Shown here piece by piece: positions 28,538 to 33,901 of a DNA stretch of 33,901 bases. Numbering within the stretch: position 1 is the stretch's first letter; every line of letters starts with the position of its first letter. The notes below the pieces were generated by a model that saw only the letters and a program-made list of their open reading frames with translations, did no database searches and had not been told where the DNA came from. The position numbers were made by a program, and so were the translations under genes. The stretch covers positions 1 through 33,901 of IMG/VR virus record IMGVR_UViG_2671180699_000001. One strand, given 5' to 3'. This DNA comes from a virus. Lineage: Duplodnaviria; Heunggongvirae; Uroviricota; Caudoviricetes.

Positions 28538-28867
28538 ATGCAGTTTGTCATGCGGCTTGCCCGGGAGTTCAGGCGGGCAGACTGGCGGCGGATGCTGTCG
28601 GAAATGTCGGCCACTGAGCTTGGTGAGTGGGGCGATTATTTCCGGATGCAGAGCTTCAGTGATGTGTGGATGGATGCGCAGTTTGCCTCGCTGAAGGCAT
28701 TGATCGTGAGAATGGTGTCCGGCAGCAGTGATGCTGCGGTGGCTGATTTCAGCCTTTTACCGGAAGAGAACGGGATACCGGAGCGAACGGACGAAGAACT
28801 GATGCATCTTGGGGAAGGTATTTCCGGAGGTGTGCGTTATGGACCAGATAGCCAACCTGGTCATTGA
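28538..28867 (+). CDS. T: Tail assembly protein T; -1 frame relative to G, open from about 28505, presumably made as G-T fusion by programmed frameshift
   Basis: Frame relationship to G read directly; conserved G-T arrangement of lambda-like tails. Confidence 0.7.
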   Translation: MQFVMRLAREFRRADWRRMLSEMSATELGEWGDYFRMQSFSDVWMDAQFASLKALIVRMVSGSSDAAVADFSLLPEENGIPERTDEELMHLGEGISGGVRYGPDSQPGH

Positions 28868-31800
28868 TTTGGGGATTGATGCGGCAGAGTTTAAAAATGA
28901 AATTCCCCGTATCAAAAACCTTCTGAATGGTGCAGCCAGCGATGCAGAACGGTCTTCTGCCCGTATGCAGCGTTTTATGGAGCGTCAGACTCAGGCCGCC
29001 CGGCAGACAACGCAGGCGGCGTCTTCGGCTGCAACAGCCGCATCCGTCCATGCGCAGACGGTGGAGAAGAACGCACAGGCTCATGAACGCATGGCCCGCG
29101 AGGTGGAGAAAACCCGCCAGCGTATGGAGGCACTGAGCCAGAAAATGCGCGAGGAACAGGCGCAGGCCATGGCTCTGGCGGAGGCTCAGGATAAAGCAGC
29201 TGCTGCGTTTTATCGTCAGATTGACAGTGTGAAACAGGCCAGTGCGGGGCTGCAGGAATTACAGCGTATTCAGCAGCAGATCCGACAGGCCAGAAACAGT
29301 GGCGGGATTGGTCAGCAGGATTATCTGGCGCTGATTTCTGAGGTTACGGCGAAAACCCGTGTTCTTACGCAGGCTGAGGAAGAGGCTACCCGACAGAAAG
29401 TGGCGTTTATCCGTCAGCTTAAAGAGCAGGCAACCCGCCAGAATCTTTCTTCTTCTGAGTTGCTTCGTGCTAAGGCTGCCCAGCTGGGGGTAAGCAGTGC
29501 TGCAGAAGTGTATATCCGCAAAATGGAGCAGGCAGGAAAAGCCACGCATTCGCTGGGTCTGAAAAGTGCAGCGGCCCGCCAGGAGATAGGCGTTCTGATA
29601 GGTGAACTGGCCCGCGGCAATTTAGGGGCGCTGAGGGGATCCGGGATAACGCTGGCTAACCGTGCCGGATGGATAGACACTCTGATGTCACCGAAAGGCA
29701 TGATGCTTGGCGGGGTTATTGGCGGTATTGCCGCGTCCGTCTATGGTCTGGGTAAAGCCTGGTATGACGGTCAGAAGGAGGGGGAAGAATTTAACCGCCA
29801 GTTGTCGCTGACGGGGCATTATGCCGGAGTCACTGCCGGGCAGCTGTGGACGCTCAGTCGTGCTATTTCCGGGAATGGTATCACGCAACATGCTGCAGCC
29901 GGTGTGCTGGCTCAGGTGGTGGGGAGTGGTGCATTTCGTGGAAACGATATCGGTATGGTGGCGAGAGCTGCCGCACAGATGGAGCGATCGGTTGGCCAGT
30001 CGGTCAGCGATACCATAAATCAGTTTAAGCGGCTGAAGGATGATCCTGTAAATGCCGCGAAGGCTCTGGACAATGAGCTGCATTTTCTTACTGCCACTCA
30101 GCTTGAGCAGATACGTGTCCTTGGGGATCAGGGACGGTCCAGTGATGCTGCACGGATAGCCATGTCTGCACTGGCAGAGGAAACCGGTCGGCGTACTGCG
30201 GATATTGATAATAACCTCAATGCGCTTGGCAGTACGCTGAAGTATCTGTCTGATTTATGGAGTCGTTTCTGGGATGCGGCCATGAATATTGGTCGTGAAG
30301 ACTCGCTGGATGAACAGATTGCCGCTTTACAGGAGAAAGTGTCGCGGGCGAAAAGACTCCCCTGGACGGCATCATCTTCTCAGGTTGAATACGATCAGCA
30401 GCGTCTTAACGATCTTCAGGAGAAAAAACGCCAGAAGGATTTGCAGGATGCAAAAGAGCAGGCAGAGCGGAATTATCAGGAGCAACAGAAACGACGTAAT
30501 GCTGAAAATGCTGCACTGAACCGGATGAATGAAACGGAAGCAGCACGACATCAGCGTGAAATTGCGCGTATTAATGCCATGCAGTACGCCGATCAGGCTG
30601 TCAGGGATGCAGCGATACAACGTGAAAATGAACGTTACGAGAAAGCCCTGGCATCCGGTAAGAAAAAAACACGCGAAACCCGTAATGATGAGGCCACCCG
30701 GTTATTGCTGCAGTACAGTCAGCAACAGGCACAGGTGGAAGGACAGATTGCTGCTGCAAGACAGTCAGCAGGCATTGCCACTGAAAAGATGACAGAAGCG
30801 CATAAACAGCTTCTGGCTCTGCAGCAGCGCATCAGCGATCTGGACGGGAAAAAACTGACGGCAGATGAAAAGAGTGTGCTGGCCCGTAAAGATGAACTGA
30901 TTCAGGCACTGACGCTGCTGGATGTAAAACAGCAGGAGCTTCAGAAACAGACGGCACTCAACGATCTGAAGAAAAAAACAATTCAGCTGACCAGTCAACT
31001 GGCTGAAGAAGAGCTCGCTCAGCGTCAGCAACATGACCTGGATATCGCCACGGTGGGTATGGGTGATCAGCAGCGGCAGCGATATCAGGTACAACTGAGT
31101 CTTCGCCAGAAATACCAGCAACAGCTGGAGCAGTTGAGGCGGGATAGTGAGCAGAAAGGGACATATAACACGGATGACTACAGAAAGGCCGAGCAGGCGC
31201 TGACGGAGAGCCTGAACCGACAACTGAATGAGAATCGCCGTTACTGGCAACAGCTTGAAGTTGTGCAGGGTAACTGGAAAAACGGAGTCCTGCGTGCATT
31301 TCAGGATTTTACCGTGGATGCAGACAATACGGCAGGAACAGCAGAACAGGTGTTCTCGTCAGCCTTCAGCAACATGGGAAATGGCCTGGCAACTTTTGTC
31401 ACTACCGGCAAACTCAACTTCAAATCCTTCACCTCTTCGGTGCTGTCAGATATGGCGAAAATCCTGGCGCAGGCAACCATGATGAAATCGATAAAAGGGA
31501 TTGGCAGTGTACTGGGATTTGATCTCAGCAGCCTTTCCCTGAATGCCAATGGGGGGATTTATCAGTCTGCTGATTTGAGTCGTTACAGTGGCACGGTGGT
31601 TAACCGTCCGACGTTTTTTGCTTTTGCAAAAGGCGCGGGTGTGATGGGGGAAGCGGGACCTGAAGCCATTCTGCCACTGCGTCGTGGTGCTGACGGTAAG
31701 CTGGGGGTTGTGGCGGATATTGGTGGTTCAGGTATGGCGATGTTTGCCCCGCAGTACAACATCGAGATCAATAACGATGGCACGAACGGGCAGATAGGTC

Positions 31801-31904
31801 CGGCTGCCCTGAAGGTGGTTTATGACCTTGGGAAAAAAGCGGCAGCGGACTTTATGCAACAGCAGGCCCGTGATGGTGGTCGGTTAAGTGGAGCATATCG
31901 GTAA
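28839..31904 (+). CDS. H: Tail tape measure protein H (about 1021 aa)
   Basis: Long Ala/Gln-rich coiled-coil protein, then hydrophobic and Gly-rich C-terminal region; GGAGG before ATG 28839. Confidence 0.93.
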   Translation: MDQIANLVIDLGIDAAEFKNEIPRIKNLLNGAASDAERSSARMQRFMERQTQAARQTTQAASSAATAASVHAQTVEKNAQAHERMAREVEKTRQRMEALSQKMREEQAQAMALAEAQDKAAAAFYRQIDSVKQASAGLQELQRIQQQIRQARNSGGIGQQDYLALISEVTAKTRVLTQAEEEATRQKVAFIRQLKEQATRQNLSSSELLRAKAAQLGVSSAAEVYIRKMEQAGKATHSLGLKSAAARQEIGVLIGELARGNLGALRGSGITLANRAGWIDTLMSPKGMMLGGVIGGIAASVYGLGKAWYDGQKEGEEFNRQLSLTGHYAGVTAGQLWTLSRAISGNGITQHAAAGVLAQVVGSGAFRGNDIGMVARAAAQMERSVGQSVSDTINQFKRLKDDPVNAAKALDNELHFLTATQLEQIRVLGDQGRSSDAARIAMSALAEETGRRTADIDNNLNALGSTLKYLSDLWSRFWDAAMNIGREDSLDEQIAALQEKVSRAKRLPWTASSSQVEYDQQRLNDLQEKKRQKDLQDAKEQAERNYQEQQKRRNAENAALNRMNETEAARHQREIARINAMQYADQAVRDAAIQRENERYEKALASGKKKTRETRNDEATRLLLQYSQQQAQVEGQIAAARQSAGIATEKMTEAHKQLLALQQRISDLDGKKLTADEKSVLARKDELIQALTLLDVKQQELQKQTALNDLKKKTIQLTSQLAEEELAQRQQHDLDIATVGMGDQQRQRYQVQLSLRQKYQQQLEQLRRDSEQKGTYNTDDYRKAEQALTESLNRQLNENRRYWQQLEVVQGNWKNGVLRAFQDFTVDADNTAGTAEQVFSSAFSNMGNGLATFVTTGKLNFKSFTSSVLSDMAKILAQATMMKSIKGIGSVLGFDLSSLSLNANGGIYQSADLSRYSGTVVNRPTFFAFAKGAGVMGEAGPEAILPLRRGADGKLGVVADIGGSGMAMFAPQYNIEINNDGTNGQIGPAALKVVYDLGKKAAADFMQQQARDGGRLSGAYR

Positions 31905-32233
31905 TGGAGACGTTTCACTGGAAAGTGCGCCCGGATATGAATGTGGTATCAGAGCCGAAAGTGGTGACAGTGAAGCTGGGCGATGGTTATGAACAGCGTC
32001 GTGCGGCGGGACTGAATAACCAGTTGTCGACTTACAGCGTGACGATACGTGTTCGTAAATGTGAACACCCATCTTTAAAAGCCTTTCTGGAACGGCACGG
32101 TGGCGTCCGCGCATTTCAGTGGACGCCACCTTATGACTGGAAGCCGATCAGGGTGGTTTGTCGTAAATGGTCGGCAAGCGTGGGGGCGTTGTGGGTAACC
32201 ATAACGGCAGATTTTGAACAGGTCGTGGCATAG
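31904..32233 (+). CDS. M: Minor tail protein M (109 aa)
   Basis: Same size and position as lambda gpM. Confidence 0.9.
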   Translation: METFHWKVRPDMNVVSEPKVVTVKLGDGYEQRRAAGLNNQLSTYSVTIRVRKCEHPSLKAFLERHGGVRAFQWTPPYDWKPIRVVCRKWSASVGALWVTITADFEQVVA

Positions 32234-32242
32234 GAGTCTCTG

Positions 32243-32600
32243 ATGCAGGATATTCCACAGGAAACACATCATGAGACGACACGCCTCACTCAGTCAGCCC
32301 AGGTGGTGCTCTGGGAAATCGATCTGACAGTGGTCGGTGGAGAACGTTATTTTTTCTGTAATGAGCAGAACGAAAAAGGTGAGCCGATCACCTGGCAGGG
32401 GCGACAGTATCAGGCGTATCCCATTCAGGGGACGGGATTTGAACTGAACGGCAAGGGCAGTGCTGCCCGTCCGACACTGACGGTTTCTAACCTGCACGGC
32501 ATGGTCACCGCGATGGCGGAAGACCTGCAGAGTCTGGTCGGAGGAACGGTGGTCCGGCGTAAGGTTTACGCCCGTTTTCTGGATGCGGTGAACTTCGTCA
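32243..32600 (+). CDS. L: Minor tail protein L, 5' portion truncated by assembly gap
   Basis: Lambda gpL-like N-terminus; frame runs into the N-run. Confidence 0.88.
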
Positions 32601-32610
32601 NNNNNNNNNN
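32601..32610. other. Assembly gap (10 N)
   Basis: N run in sequence. Confidence 0.99.
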
Positions 32611-32855
32611 AAAATGACCTGGATTATCCCTCTGCTGATATACGAGCGAAGATCAGTAAAGATATAGAAAGTGGTATCCCTGGCTATTGGCAAGGTCAGG
32701 TTTTGATTCCATTTACTATAGATCCAGTAACAAAAGAACGTAAACAAATCCATCCAGAAGATATACATCTCACTGCAAAAGACTTCGAAGCAAGTAAAGA
32801 TAATATTTCTAAGGATGAATGGGAAAACCTCCATGCATTAAAAGAAATCGTTTAA
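32611..32855 (+). CDS. 3' fragment of an unidentified low-GC gene continuing from the gap
   Basis: Open frame from the gap edge (…DLDYPSADIRAKISKDIESGIPGYWQGQVLIPFTIDPVTKERKQIHPEDIHLTAKDFEASKDNISKDEWENLHALKEIV) ending at TAA. Confidence 0.35.
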
Positions 32856-32860
32856 ATGGA

Positions 32861-33901
32861 ATGCCTAAAACAACCCCCAAAAGTGACCAGGTTATTATGC
32901 TGCAAAATCAATACGTTCGTGAAATGCGAAAATATGGCGTACGAGGTTTACGTTACGATGCAGCAAAACACTCAAAACATGAACAAATAGAAAGATCAAT
33001 AACCCCACCGCTTAAAAATTATAATGAGCGATTACACAATACTAACTTATTTAACCCAAAATATCATGAAAAAGTCGTTATGAATTACATGGAATATCTG
33101 GTAACTTGTCAGTTGGATGAAGAACAAATGTCATCGCTGCTTTATGAAAGAGATGATTTAAGCGCCATTGATTTTTCATTGCTCATGAAGACGATAAAAG
33201 CTTTTTCATTTGGTGGCGATCTCCAAACCCTTGCATCAAAACCGGGTTCCACAATCTCAAGCATCCCATCAAAAAGACGGATATTGATTAACATTAACCA
33301 CGATTTTCCTAACAATGGCAATCTTTTCAATGACTTTCTATTTAACCATCAACAAGATGAACAATTAGCAATGGCATATATGGCCGCTCTCCCGTTCAGC
33401 AGGCCTTTAGTTTACTGGGATGGCCAAGTATTAAAATCAACGACTGAAATTAAAAATTATGATGGGTCGACGCGTGTTGGCGATGAGGCGTGGCTTAATA
33501 AAGGTTGCTCTACCTATCAGCAGCTCTACAATGAATTCCACGCATTATATATAGATAAAGCAGGAATATGGAGCGCATTTGAGGGTGTATTTGCAACTAA
33601 AAACGTTCTGGCCTTTAGTCGTGGGGATTCTGTGAACATTAATCACTCTCCTCATGATGGACTAATTATAATAAATAAAGGAAACGAAGAAGTTGAAGGT
33701 GCCTGGCCTAACAAATTGCAACCTGGAAAATATAAAAACATGGGGAGTAATAGCGTTAACATTATTATTAATACCCGAAAAATTATCCCCCCTGGTAAAG
33801 CATTTATGCTTAGAGGCGGAACTCTAAATATCAATATTCCTGGGCGTAGCGCTCTTCTTTTAGGGAAAACAGGAGAACCGCTGAACTATCTCTATTTGTA
33901 A
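32861..33901 (+). CDS. Low-GC hypothetical protein, possibly GH13 (alpha-amylase family)-like
   Basis: GLRYDAAKH resembles GH13 region II (G-F/L-R-x-D-A-x-K-H); FNHQQD resembles region IV; beta-rich C-terminal domain; ORF opens at 32819 in a different frame from the upstream fragment. Confidence 0.5.
   Translation: MPKTTPKSDQVIMLQNQYVREMRKYGVRGLRYDAAKHSKHEQIERSITPPLKNYNERLHNTNLFNPKYHEKVVMNYMEYLVTCQLDEEQMSSLLYERDDLSAIDFSLLMKTIKAFSFGGDLQTLASKPGSTISSIPSKRRILININHDFPNNGNLFNDFLFNHQQDEQLAMAYMAALPFSRPLVYWDGQVLKSTTEIKNYDGSTRVGDEAWLNKGCSTYQQLYNEFHALYIDKAGIWSAFEGVFATKNVLAFSRGDSVNINHSPHDGLIIINKGNEEVEGAWPNKLQPGKYKNMGSNSVNIIINTRKIIPPGKAFMLRGGTLNINIPGRSALLLGKTGEPLNYLYL

Noticed and set aside
19885-31783. 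Numerous 60-230-aa ORFs in alternative frames or antisense within terminase, portal, capsid and tape-measure genes
   Set aside because: All lie within long, well-supported structural genes; high-GC coding sequence routinely yields such open frames.

Overview
This window is the left junction and most of a lambdoid (lambda-like) prophage integrated at the classical lambda attB beside ybhC in an Escherichia-type chromosome. All calls are by eye from the sequence and ORF track; no database search was run. Order: ybhC, attL (core GCTTTTTTATACTAA), int, xis, early-left genes (TraR-like, exo, bet, gam), immunity region (cI-like repressor with a lipoprotein gene downstream, cro-like, YdaT/CII-like), replication (O with iteron origin, P, ren), a DLP12-type nin region (ybcN, ninE, ybcO, rusA, ylcG, truncated Q), a Qin-type lysis/cold-shock block (SAR lysozyme, Rz/Rz1, cspI, ynfN-like, gnsB), cos-like site, terminase, head genes (W, portal, fused protease-capsid) and lambda-type tail genes (Z, U, V, G, T, H, M, L). 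Two 10-N runs (15266-15275 and 32601-32610) are assembly gaps: the first truncates Q and probably removes the holin, the second truncates L, and what follows it is low-GC non-phage sequence. attR is not in the window. The best candidate for an undescribed system is a low-GC insertion between ren and ybcN carrying a 472-aa orphan protein on the opposite strand (12041-13459); two further AT-rich morons (a 200-aa membrane protein at 3133-3735 and a lipoprotein in the rex position at 7429-7809) are also worth testing. Coordinates of features not taken from the ORF track are approximate to 1-2 nt.
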